Below, one piece after another: positions 27,070-36,565 of a DNA stretch of 64,000 bases. Numbering within the stretch: the stretch's first letter is position 1; every line of letters begins with the position of its first letter. Both the position numbers and the translations under genes were made by a program. Location: the NCBI GenBank assembly GCA_014240255.1, contig JAAZXG010000002.1, positions 16,191 to 80,190 of the forward strand. The letters are read 5' to 3'. Under the pieces are notes generated by a model, which saw nothing but the letters and a program-made list of their open reading frames with translations, did not search any database and had not been told where the DNA came from. The DNA comes from Methanobacteriota archaeon. Lineage in GTDB: Archaea > Thermoplasmatota > Poseidoniia > MGIII > CG-Epi1.

Positions 27070-28026
27070 CTAAAATGCTATTTTCCCTTCAGGAGATATT
27101 AAATTTTGTTTAATATCATTTTTAACTTGTATGTTCGGCCCTATAATGCTATCTTCTATGACGGTACCATAACTATTGACATTAGAAAGAATAACGGAGT
27201 TTCTAATTACACACTTTTCAAGCTTAACTTTAGGCCCAATAATTACATTAGGTCCAATAATACAATGTTCTAATTTTGCATCTTCATGTATCATGACAGA
27301 TCCCCGTATGCTTGCTCCAGTATGAGAGGCAGTTCCATTATTTCCAATTGATTTAAAATTGGCTTCAAGATAAGATTCCGGAGTTCCCGAATCTATAAAA
27401 TATCCTTCAAATGGAAACCCATGCAAACCATTTCCAGCAACTTTAGGATATATATCTCTTTCAATAGAAATTTTTTGATTAGGAGGTATCATTTCTAATA
27501 TTTCAAGTTCTAATAGATAAGTTCCAGCATTAATCAGATTTGACAATTCAGAGCCCTTCTCTGGTTTTTCCTGAAATTGCAATATTTCTCCATTACTAAA
27601 TTCGACAACGCCGAATCTGCTTGGATCTTTAACTTTCCATAATGCAAGTGTTCCTTTAGCTTTGGTTTTGATATGTTGTTCTAACATTTCATTTAGATTT
27701 ATAGAGCTTACAACATCTCCATTGAATACTGCAGTAGTACCTGTAACATAATCTATACAGTTTCGCATTGCACCTCCAGTTCCCAATGGTTCTTCTTCAG
27801 GAACAATTATAACTTTCTTTCCAATATCTCTTCCTTCAAAATATTTTCTCATATCATTTAAACCATAATTGACGGCTAAGATAGCAGTGTCAAATATTTC
27901 GGGTAAATTACGAATCATACGTTCAACCATCGGTATATTTGCTAATGGAAGAAGTGGTTTTGGAACAGTCAGTGTTAAAGGTCTAAGCCTAGTTCCAAAT
28001 CCACCTACTAGAATTATGGCTTCCAT
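27070..28026 (-). CDS. sugar-1-phosphate nucleotidyltransferase with left-handed beta-helix C-terminus
   Basis: ILVGGFGTRLRPLT..PKPLLP signature. The C-terminal hexapeptide-like repeats (IGPNV.IGPKV..) resemble GDP-mannose/NDP-sugar pyrophosphorylases. Confidence 0.85.
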   Translation of the reverse strand: MEAIILVGGFGTRLRPLTLTVPKPLLPLANIPMVERMIRNLPEIFDTAILAVNYGLNDMRKYFEGRDIGKKVIIVPEEEPLGTGGAMRNCIDYVTGTTAVFNGDVVSSINLNEMLEQHIKTKAKGTLALWKVKDPSRFGVVEFSNGEILQFQEKPEKGSELSNLINAGTYLLELEILEMIPPNQKISIERDIYPKVAGNGLHGFPFEGYFIDSGTPESYLEANFKSIGNNGTASHTGASIRGSVMIHEDAKLEHCIIGPNVIIGPKVKLEKCVIRNSVILSNVNSYGTVIEDSIIGPNIQVKNDIKQNLISPEGKIAF

Positions 28027-28027
28027 A

Positions 28028-28594
28028 CTAATTTCCGTCTAGGCGATGATGTATTAAGGTTATACATGCTGAACTAAGTAAACTTTCATTTCCTAAGTTT
28101 ATTTTAGGCAAATTATCTAATACTTTCATTTCACTTTCTGTTGGGTCTTTATCATCTCCAAGTATAAATGTAGCAGAATTTCCAATATTATCTTTTCCAG
28201 TTTCACTCAAAAGTACTGGATTAGGTAATTTCATTAAAACATCTTCCAAACCTATTCTTTCCATAGTTATTCCTGGGCTAGTTTCCAAAGCATCATTTTG
28301 ATTTTTATATTTAATTAATCCATTTCGAATCAGGGCAGCAGTAGACCTTTCATCAGGGTTGAGATAACGTATTTTTTCACCAGAAAAATGAACAGTTATT
28401 GGTGCATTAGGAGGTCCATTGAGAATTAACCAAACATTAGTTTCTTTTCTTATCCCGTGCGATTTCCAAAGTGAAGCAGTTACACACCTTACAAGAACAT
28501 CAAGTCTTCCAGCCCCACCACATAAATCATCTAATTTCCAATCAGCTGCAGTATGTGCTCGATGACCAATTATTACAAAATTCCTTTCAGTCAT
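28028..28594 (-). CDS. trmY: tRNA (pseudouridine54-N1)-methyltransferase
   Basis: Collinear with M. jannaschii Mj1640 as I remember it: DL.G..GRLDVLVRCV, ..NPDERS.A.LI, SPGI...IGLEDVL, FILGDD... and ACITLIHHRLD. Confidence 0.8.
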   Translation of the reverse strand: MTERNFVIIGHRAHTAADWKLDDLCGGAGRLDVLVRCVTASLWKSHGIRKETNVWLILNGPPNAPITVHFSGEKIRYLNPDERSTAALIRNGLIKYKNQNDALETSPGITMERIGLEDVLMKLPNPVLLSETGKDNIGNSATFILGDDKDPTESEMKVLDNLPKINLGNESLLSSACITLIHHRLDGN

Positions 28595-28609
28595 TTTTGA
28601 ATATCACTA

Positions 28610-30946
28610 TTATTTTTTTGTTTTCTTTCTAGCCTTTTTTTCGGCAATATCTTCAACCATTTCAGCTTCTTGTACTTCTTCGCTAAAACTCCATTCTTCA
28701 ATTTTTCCAAAATCCTTCTCTTTCATTTGCCTTAAACTAAAGGTTGCCATAATCATTGCTCCAAAAGTGAAAGCGAGTAGGCCGGGATAAACAGAAGGGT
28801 TACTTGTAATTCCTAGATAGATACCAGAAACAGCCATTCCTGCTAATCCAATTCCCATAATTGCTTCACCTGCAATTAAACCAGAAGCGAATAAAATACC
28901 TGGTCCATGTAGTTTCTCTTTTTCCTGAGCTAAGAATTCTTCTTCCCCTTTTTTGTATAATTCAGGTCTTGTTTTCTTTAGAGGTGCATCAAATTGATTA
29001 TCTATATACATTTTTATCATACCACCTATAAAAATAGGTATTGTCATTTTTAAGCTAAGGTACATTCCTACTGCTACAGCCATTATAGAAATATTTAGAC
29101 CGCCTTTTTCTTTTATCCATCCTTGTGTAGCAGCAATTAATAAACTTCCTGAAAATAAAAATGCAGCGATAGCTTCTTCTAAAAATCCACCAATTAAAAA
29201 TAAGGAATAAGCACAGATAAGAATATTGATATAATGTTCAGGATGTCGAAGTGCTATAAGACAAAATGCAATTCCAGATCCCATAAATACCATAGACCAA
29301 TCCATTCCTCCACCAAGTATGCCATTAGTTATACTGGCCATTAGGAATGCTTGTGGCGCTTCCAAATCACCATTTATAATTTGATCAGATAGTAAATTTA
29401 AAACAAGAGGAATGACCAATGCACCTGCGGCCACGCCAACAATTTGTCCAATTTGCTGTCTCCAAGGAGTAGCACCTAAAATGTAACCTGTTTTTAGATC
29501 TTGTAAATTATCTCCAGATATTGCCCCTGCACAAGCCACAAATGCAGCGACTCCAATAACTGCAACTTGTAATTCTTGAGTGTGTTCTCCACCATAAACT
29601 AGGCTGTTTAGTAATGCAAAGGTCGTAGCAGTCAAGATTACTACAATTATTGTAACTCCTGAAAGTGGATTATTGCTACTACCAACGATTCCAGCCATAT
29701 ATCCTGCTACAGCTGCAAATAGAAATCCAGCTGTAAAAATAATAATTAGCGATAATATGGCTGGTAATAATAATCCAGAAATAATCCATACCATAAAAAA
29801 CATAGGAATTGCCATTGCAGCACTAGCTATCGCTATGGATCTAGCCGGTAGATCCTCATCAGTTCTTAGTACTCCTTCTTTTGTAGATACAGTAGCTTTA
29901 GTAGCCTCAATCATTTCAGTAATACCTTTCATTAAAGATTCACGCATAATAACTAAAGTGTATAGCCCACCGACTAGCATAGTCCCAACACCAACCATTC
30001 TTCTCCGGCCATTGATATGATTTGCATAATCACCATAATTAATGACGTCACCATTCATTGCAGCTGTAGTAATTTGTTCTATGAATGCATCAGTAGGATT
30101 GAGTAATGCGCTAGCAATTGGCATTATCACAATAGCTCCTAGAAGCCCTCCAAAAAATACAAAACTTGCAATTGCAGGCCCTACAATATATCCAACACCA
30201 AGTAAGGCAGGTGATAATTCAGCACCTAAGTAAAAAGTAGTTTTAGACTTAGCATAAGCAGCAGATTCATTGAGTTTACCTCCTATAGTGTAAAAGCTTT
30301 GCCAACCATGTTCCCAAAGTCCAATACTAACTTGTTTAACAGAATTATCTACTGTTACCATTAATGAAGAAAATAATTTGTATAGAGCTCCAAAAGCCAT
30401 ACCAACAAAAATAGGCATTACTTGAGATCCACCTTTTTCTCCAGCAACTAAAACTTCAGCACAAGCCACGCCTTCAGGGTATGGCAATTCTTCTTTAACT
30501 ATAAAAATTCTTCTTAAACTAATTGAAAAGAGCACTCCAATTGTACCTCCAACTAAGGCTATAACTACAGTTTCAAGATAAGGGAATTCAGCCCAGCCGA
30601 CTTCTCCATTACTGGTCTGATTCATTACTAAAAGTGCAGGTAATGTAAAAATCACACCTGCTGCTAAAGATTCTCCTGAAGAAACAGCAGTTTGAACCCA
30701 ATTATTTTCTAAAATATTAGTTCCTTTGGATATGTTTGCTTTAACAAGACTTCTTAGAACAGCCATTGAAATTACGGCTGCAGGTATTGAGGCACTAACA
30801 GTCATACCAACATAAAGGCCCAAGTAAACATTTGCAGCAGTTAATAACATTCCTAAAATAATAGCTAGAATTATTCCTTGCGTGGTTATTTCAGGTAGGA
30901 TTTTAGTTGCTGAAACATATGGCTTTTGAGCTTCATTCGATGTCAT
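28610..30946 (-). CDS. OPT-family oligopeptide transporter
   Basis: 778 aa, ~16 TM helices. The N-terminal GIILAIILGMLLTAANVYLGLYVGMTVSASIPAAVISMAVL is typical of the OPT superfamily. Charged C-terminal tail. Confidence 0.85.
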   Translation of the reverse strand: MTSNEAQKPYVSATKILPEITTQGIILAIILGMLLTAANVYLGLYVGMTVSASIPAAVISMAVLRSLVKANISKGTNILENNWVQTAVSSGESLAAGVIFTLPALLVMNQTSNGEVGWAEFPYLETVVIALVGGTIGVLFSISLRRIFIVKEELPYPEGVACAEVLVAGEKGGSQVMPIFVGMAFGALYKLFSSLMVTVDNSVKQVSIGLWEHGWQSFYTIGGKLNESAAYAKSKTTFYLGAELSPALLGVGYIVGPAIASFVFFGGLLGAIVIMPIASALLNPTDAFIEQITTAAMNGDVINYGDYANHINGRRRMVGVGTMLVGGLYTLVIMRESLMKGITEMIEATKATVSTKEGVLRTDEDLPARSIAIASAAMAIPMFFMVWIISGLLLPAILSLIIIFTAGFLFAAVAGYMAGIVGSSNNPLSGVTIIVVILTATTFALLNSLVYGGEHTQELQVAVIGVAAFVACAGAISGDNLQDLKTGYILGATPWRQQIGQIVGVAAGALVIPLVLNLLSDQIINGDLEAPQAFLMASITNGILGGGMDWSMVFMGSGIAFCLIALRHPEHYINILICAYSLFLIGGFLEEAIAAFLFSGSLLIAATQGWIKEKGGLNISIMAVAVGMYLSLKMTIPIFIGGMIKMYIDNQFDAPLKKTRPELYKKGEEEFLAQEKEKLHGPGILFASGLIAGEAIMGIGLAGMAVSGIYLGITSNPSVYPGLLAFTFGAMIMATFSLRQMKEKDFGKIEEWSFSEEVQEAEMVEDIAEKKARKKTKK

Positions 30947-31023
30947 ATATATCCCTCATTTATCAAACCAACATTAATGCTTATGCCTTCGGCAGTTTTT
31001 AAGTTCCCACTCTATGTCATCTT

Positions 31024-33738
31024 GTGGGTGACGGTCTTTCACTAAGCTTCTTTCATGATTCAGGTTTCACTAGACAGAAATGTTCAAAGTGCAACAGTTT
31101 CTTTTGGTCAACAGTAGAGATTGAGCTTTGCGGTGATGCACCATGTGTAGAGTATTCCTTCATTGGTAAACCCCTTTTTTCTAAACCAATGAATTTAAAT
31201 GAAGCTCGTGAGGCCTTTCTAGATTTTTTTGAGAAAAAGAGTCATACAAGAGTAAACAGAGCTTCAGTTGTCGCCCGTTGGCGTAATGATATTTACCTAT
31301 CTATTGCCTCAATTGCAGTTTTCCAACCACATGTTACTAGTGGTTCTTCAAAACCCCCTGCAAATCCATTAACTATTTCTCAGCCATGTATACGCCTTAA
31401 TGATTTGGAATCAGTAGGCAGAAGTGGCCGTCATTTGACTACATTTGAAATGATGGCACATCATGCATTTAATAGTGAACAAGAGAAAATATATTGGCAA
31501 GATCGGACTGTCGAGCTTTGTCATGAATTGTATACTAGTCTTGGTCTTGAAGGCTCTAAAATAACGTATAAGGAAAATCCATGGGTCGGAGGAGGAAATG
31601 GGGGGGAGGCTCTGGAAGTTTTAGCAGGAGGTCTTGAATTAGCAACCCTCGTATTTATGGACCTTGAAGAAGATCCGGAGGGTGATATAGAACTTAAAGG
31701 AATTAAATTTAGAAGAATGCCTAGGTCTATAGTTGATACAGGATATGGTCTTGAAAGACTAGTTTGGGCATCCCAAGGAACGCCTACAATTTATGAAGCC
31801 GTTTTCCCTGAAGCCGTATCTTATTTGACGCAAAGAGCTAAACTTGAAAAAACATTGGAAAATGCTAGTTCACTTATTACTGAAAATGCTAAACTGTGTG
31901 GCGTATTATCTATAGACTATGGTTCGGATTTAACTGAATTAAGACAAATGGTCCTTGATAGATTACAAATGTTAGGTCACAAATTGTCACTTTCTGAGTT
32001 TACTTCTACAATTGAGCCATTAGAAAAAGTATTTGCAATAGTAGATCACTGTAGATCTCTAGTTTTTATGTTTGGTGATGGAATAGTCCCTAGTAATGTT
32101 AAAGCAGGTTATTTGGCACGCATGGTTCTTCGTAGAACTGTATTATTGATGAGAGATTTAGGTGTTTCAGAATTTTTACCAGATTTAGTGTCTCACCACA
32201 TAGACCATTTTTCTAAAACGTATCCTGAACTCAAGACCAATAAATCCCATATATTAGATATGATTGATTTAGAAATGGTACGTTTTAATAAAACATTAGA
32301 ACGAGGCCGTCGTGCAGTTAAGAGGGCTTTAGATTCAGGTGGTATCAATCAACAAAAATTATTAGAGCTTTACGATTCACAAGGCTTACCTCCATCAGTT
32401 GTAAGCGAATTTGCTGAAAATCAAGGACATTCAATAACAGTTCCAGATGGTTTTTTCGCAATGGTAGCCGATAGGCATCAAGGTGACTCAAAGGAAAAAG
32501 AAAAGAATTTAGATTTTATAGAAATTGAACCTACTAATTTAGATTTCTATCAAGATATGGATAAACGCGCATTTAGTTCTAAAGTTTTATATTCATCTTC
32601 CAAACAAATTTGTTTAGAAAATACTCTTTTTTATCCAGAAGGCGGAGGTCAATTAAGTGACATAGGAATTATAGAATGGGATAATAAGAAAAGCAAAATG
32701 GTTGATGCCCAAAAAATAGGTGATGTAGTCGTTCATAATTTAGAAGGTCCATTGCCTCCCGTTGGAACTATAGTAACTGGAGTTGTTGATGATTCTCACA
32801 GATCTGGTTTGAGTCGACATCATACTGCAACTCATCTTATTGGTGCTGCCGCTAGAAAAATTCTTGGAACACATGTATGGCAAGCTGGAGCTTCCAAATA
32901 TCCCGATAGAGCAAGATTAGATATTACACATCATAAAAGAATATCATTAGAAGTAATTGAAAAGATAGAATCGCATGTTAATGAGCTAATTATTGAAGAT
33001 TATCAAATAAATACTAATTTTTATAGTAGAGAAGAGGCTGATAGCAAATATGGAGATACATTGTATCAAGGTGGAGCTCCTAAATACCGTAAAGTGCGAG
33101 TTGTTGAAATACCTGAAATTGATGCTCAAGCTTGTGCAGGTACCCATGTTTCTTCCACTTCCCATGTAGTCGCCGTCAAGGTTTTGAGGACCGAGCGGAT
33201 ACAGGATGGTGTGGAAAGAATAGAATTTTCGGCAGGCCCAGATGCAATCAAGGCATCTCAGAAGGAAAGAGCACTGTTAGAAGAGACGGCAGAAGAGTTA
33301 GGAGTACCTGTTGATCAAGCCCCTTTAGCTGCTCAAAAGTTTGTTAAAGAATGGAAAGAGCTTAGAAATCGAGTTTCGTCTCTTGAAAAAGAATTAGCAA
33401 CATTAAAATCATCTGATATTGAAGGTGAAAAAATAGGAGATATAATGTTTTATTCACATGATATGGGTGAAACTGATATGGGAGAGGTTCAAAATTTTGT
33501 TCGTCAAATTACTTCCAAGGAGGATTCCTTAGTGGCAGTGGGATGTTTTCAAAAAGATAGAGGCATGGTTATTCTTGCAAAATCTAATTCAGTTAATCAT
33601 AATTGTGGTAAAATTCTTAAATCTGCACTATCTTTAGTTGGAGGTAGTGGCGGAGGTAAAGAATCGTATGCACAAGGTGCTTGTTCACCAGATAAAATTT
33701 TAGAAGCCTTAAATGAAATTAAAAATTTAATTTCTTAG
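31024..33738 (+). CDS. alaS: alanine--tRNA ligase, archaeal type
   Basis: GTG start. Archaeal AlaRS N-terminus FF...GF.RQKCSKC.SFFW......CGDAPC.EYSFIG. Editing-domain HTATHL and C..GTHV motifs. C-terminal DHHA1-like GGSGGGK. 904 aa. Confidence 0.95.
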   Translation: MGDGLSLSFFHDSGFTRQKCSKCNSFFWSTVEIELCGDAPCVEYSFIGKPLFSKPMNLNEAREAFLDFFEKKSHTRVNRASVVARWRNDIYLSIASIAVFQPHVTSGSSKPPANPLTISQPCIRLNDLESVGRSGRHLTTFEMMAHHAFNSEQEKIYWQDRTVELCHELYTSLGLEGSKITYKENPWVGGGNGGEALEVLAGGLELATLVFMDLEEDPEGDIELKGIKFRRMPRSIVDTGYGLERLVWASQGTPTIYEAVFPEAVSYLTQRAKLEKTLENASSLITENAKLCGVLSIDYGSDLTELRQMVLDRLQMLGHKLSLSEFTSTIEPLEKVFAIVDHCRSLVFMFGDGIVPSNVKAGYLARMVLRRTVLLMRDLGVSEFLPDLVSHHIDHFSKTYPELKTNKSHILDMIDLEMVRFNKTLERGRRAVKRALDSGGINQQKLLELYDSQGLPPSVVSEFAENQGHSITVPDGFFAMVADRHQGDSKEKEKNLDFIEIEPTNLDFYQDMDKRAFSSKVLYSSSKQICLENTLFYPEGGGQLSDIGIIEWDNKKSKMVDAQKIGDVVVHNLEGPLPPVGTIVTGVVDDSHRSGLSRHHTATHLIGAAARKILGTHVWQAGASKYPDRARLDITHHKRISLEVIEKIESHVNELIIEDYQINTNFYSREEADSKYGDTLYQGGAPKYRKVRVVEIPEIDAQACAGTHVSSTSHVVAVKVLRTERIQDGVERIEFSAGPDAIKASQKERALLEETAEELGVPVDQAPLAAQKFVKEWKELRNRVSSLEKELATLKSSDIEGEKIGDIMFYSHDMGETDMGEVQNFVRQITSKEDSLVAVGCFQKDRGMVILAKSNSVNHNCGKILKSALSLVGGSGGGKESYAQGACSPDKILEALNEIKNLIS

Positions 33739-33739
33739 A

Positions 33740-34123
33740 TTATAGGGCTTTTACCATTATACAAGAATTTATTAGGTATTTTATTTCGTTTGAACTTTTT
33801 AGCCAACTTTCTAATTCGTTACTTTCGGAACCTGGCTGAAACCATAGATACTTAATTCCTAATTTTACGGCTTCTTTAGCGACTATTATAGCAATACTAG
33901 GTGGCACAACGAAATTTACAATGTCTGGTAATTTTTTCATTTTATTTAATGATGAGTAAGTTTCATCGCCTTCGATAAATCTTTCTTTAGGATTAATTGG
34001 TATTACATCATATCCCTTTAGTTTCAAATCTAGATATATTTTATTTCCGAATTTCTCTTTATCGTTTGATGCACCAACTAACGCAATTCTAACATTTTCA
34101 GATTTCAATTTTTCTAGTACCAT
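33740..34123 (-). CDS. CoA-binding domain protein (YccU/COG1832-like)
   Basis: IALVGASNDKEKFGNKIY..L...GYDVIPINPK and WFQPG motifs. 127 aa. Confidence 0.8.
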   Translation of the reverse strand: MVLEKLKSENVRIALVGASNDKEKFGNKIYLDLKLKGYDVIPINPKERFIEGDETYSSLNKMKKLPDIVNFVVPPSIAIIVAKEAVKLGIKYLWFQPGSESNELESWLKSSNEIKYLINSCIMVKAL

Positions 34124-34210
34124 ATTGAACCTTATAACATTTCTATTTTTAATGTTTGAGATGTCATTCTAAAACTTAAATAATTCATTTAGTATTTTTC
34201 CATATAATCT

Positions 34211-34252
34211 CGGGGCCCTTAGGGCCCCGTTACTTTTTCGTATCAGAAAAAG
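34211..34252 (+). other. two adjacent perfect hairpins in a divergent intergenic region
   Basis: CGGGGCCC-TTA-GGGCCCCG at 34211-34229 (8-bp GC stem). CTTTTTC-GTATCA-GAAAAAG at 34233-34252. The first is followed by TTACTTTTT on the plus strand. They lie directly upstream of the putative topA TATA box (ATATTTATT, 34253-34261). Confidence 0.6.
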
Positions 34253-34283
34253 ATATTTATTCACCCTTTCTGGCGGTCCTATA

Positions 34284-36557
34284 ATGGATTTAGTAGTAGT
34301 CGAGTCCGGTGCAAAAGCCAAAACAATCCAGAAATATTTGGGTAAAAATATACTAGTTAGGGCTTCAAATGGTCATGTTCAAGATTTACCAAATAAAGGT
34401 AAAGATGGAAGTAAAGCATTGTGGAAGCATACAGAGTCAGCATTACCTGATCCTCCTTGGGGCTGGACTGAAAGAGCTGAAAAAAATATCAAAAAAATCC
34501 TTTCAGATGCTCGTAGTAAGAAAGTTAAAAGAGTACTAATAGCTACTGATCCTGACAGAGAAGGTGAATTCATAGCTTGGAGACTTAGTGAATTATTTTC
34601 TGAGTTTAAAGAAATCAAAAGAATAACTTTTAATGAAATTACTAAGACTGCGATTAGAGACGCTTTAGATGAAGCAGGTTCAGTAGATATGAACCTTGTC
34701 GATGCAGCCAAAGTCAGAAGATTTATGGATCGTTTGATAGGTTATCGAGCTTCACGATTCGCTAGGTCTTGGAGCCTTAGTTCAATGGGTCGTGTTCAAA
34801 CACCGGCTTTGGCGTTTATAGTCAACAAGGAAAAAGATATTCAAAAATTTGTGGCAACACCTTACTGGGCAGTTCAAGCTATAGCTTCAGGAATAGACTT
34901 CCGAGTACGTTTCCATGATAGGGACGATCCATTAGTTTGGAAAGATGAGAAAGGAAAAAGTGATACACACAGAACAAATAGTACTGATTTAGCACAAAAA
35001 GTATTTGATAGTCTAAATTTTGAGAAACAGATAATAATTTCGAAGGTATCTCTCAATACTTACAAGCGCCGTCCGAAACCGCCTTTTACAACAGATACTT
35101 TACTTCAAGCCGCAGGTAGTAAGTATAGTTGGAGGCCAAGCAATACAATGAGAGTTGCCCAAGGTTTGTATGAAGCTGGACATATAACCTATATGAGAAC
35201 AGATTCAACAAGAACGAGTGCATCTTCCCGCGAGAAGGCACACGAGAAAATAATATCGAAATGGGGTGAAGAATTATTAGGCAAGGGAGTTGGCGGTGGG
35301 AAACCGAAATCAGGTATTCAAGACGCCCATGAAGCAATACGTCCAACTGATCCCATTATTGATTTACCAGGAGGTTTAGATGAATCTCAAGTGCGTCTTT
35401 ATCGTCTTATTTGGTCCAGATTTATTGCGAGTCAAATGATAGATTCTGAGTGGACAAGTATGAAATTAATAGCGAATCTTGAAACTTTTGAAAGACCTTT
35501 AGATGGTGATACAAAGTGGAGAGTCACTCCCGGTTGGGAATCTGCTTTTGAGGCAATACAGAAAACGCCTTCTATTTCACCCCCTAAACCTGAAATATTA
35601 GAGGGAAAAGCCATTAAATTAGATGCAGGTGATGAAAATCCTAAACTAATTGAGGATAAAACTAAACCTCCTGCAAGATATACTCAGCATGGTTTGGTAG
35701 CTTTAATGAAATCGGAAGGAATAGGAAGACCTTCAACTTATGCAGCAACAATAAAGAAACTCTTAGATCGTAAATATTGTAGTGATAACAAAGGAAGACT
35801 AAAACCAACAGACCAGGGTATTTTGCTCTGCGATGAAGTAATACCTTTCTATAACTCCGAAGAAGAAAAAATTAGTTTATTTTCACCTTCATTCACTTCA
35901 ACAATGGAATCTGAATTGGACCAGATAGAAACAGGAAAGCAAAATGGCGCAATAGTATGGGATGGTTTTGTTACTTCATTTAAGGAGCTTCATGATAAAG
36001 CAGTAGAGAAAAAGAAAGAAACACCTACTAAACGTCAGTTAGATTACTATCATAGATTAGCTGCCCTAGTATCAGATTCAGAATTAGAAAAAATATTAGA
36101 TAATGAAGATCCAGTAAAGATGAATGGTGAAAGAATAGGTGAAGTTATTGACACTCTCAAAAATGCTACAGAGGATATTCCACTTCCAGCATCTGTTAAA
36201 CAGTTGTCCTATGCTCAGAGTTTGGCAGAATCCTTAGAACTTGATGAAAAATCCGCTTGTAAATTAGTTGGTGTTTCTAAATTTGAAGAATTATCAGGAG
36301 GCAAATCAGGTACTGCAAGTCAATTGATTGGAGCTTTAAGAGATAAAACAGATTCAGTGCCTAAGCCACCAAGTCCTAAACAAATTAATTTTATTAAAAA
36401 TTTAGCTAAGAAAGCAGATCTTGAGGAAGCAGGAGCTTGTAATTTAGTAAATGTTGCTAACTATGGCGAATTGTCTGGAGGTCGTCAAGGGACTGCAAGT
36501 AAATTGATAGAAACACTACGGAAAAAAGCACCGAAGAAAGCTTCCAAAAAAGCTTAA
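34284..36557 (+). CDS. topA: type IA DNA topoisomerase with C-terminal triple helical repeat instead of zinc ribbons
   Basis: TOPRIM motifs VVVESGAKAKTIQKYLG and ATDPDREGE. Active-site Tyr in ITYMRTDS (Y303). No Cys-rich C-terminal Zn ribbons. Three ~50-55 aa repeats span aa 581-747. Confidence 0.9.
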   Translation: MDLVVVESGAKAKTIQKYLGKNILVRASNGHVQDLPNKGKDGSKALWKHTESALPDPPWGWTERAEKNIKKILSDARSKKVKRVLIATDPDREGEFIAWRLSELFSEFKEIKRITFNEITKTAIRDALDEAGSVDMNLVDAAKVRRFMDRLIGYRASRFARSWSLSSMGRVQTPALAFIVNKEKDIQKFVATPYWAVQAIASGIDFRVRFHDRDDPLVWKDEKGKSDTHRTNSTDLAQKVFDSLNFEKQIIISKVSLNTYKRRPKPPFTTDTLLQAAGSKYSWRPSNTMRVAQGLYEAGHITYMRTDSTRTSASSREKAHEKIISKWGEELLGKGVGGGKPKSGIQDAHEAIRPTDPIIDLPGGLDESQVRLYRLIWSRFIASQMIDSEWTSMKLIANLETFERPLDGDTKWRVTPGWESAFEAIQKTPSISPPKPEILEGKAIKLDAGDENPKLIEDKTKPPARYTQHGLVALMKSEGIGRPSTYAATIKKLLDRKYCSDNKGRLKPTDQGILLCDEVIPFYNSEEEKISLFSPSFTSTMESELDQIETGKQNGAIVWDGFVTSFKELHDKAVEKKKETPTKRQLDYYHRLAALVSDSELEKILDNEDPVKMNGERIGEVIDTLKNATEDIPLPASVKQLSYAQSLAESLELDEKSACKLVGVSKFEELSGGKSGTASQLIGALRDKTDSVPKPPSPKQINFIKNLAKKADLEEAGACNLVNVANYGELSGGRQGTASKLIETLRKKAPKKASKKA

Positions 36558-36565
36558 CTCCAATA

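Noticed and set aside
34124-34283. C/D-box sRNA in the 160-nt spacer
   Set aside because: There is no RUGAUGA C box paired with a CUGA D box at the appropriate spacing on either strand.
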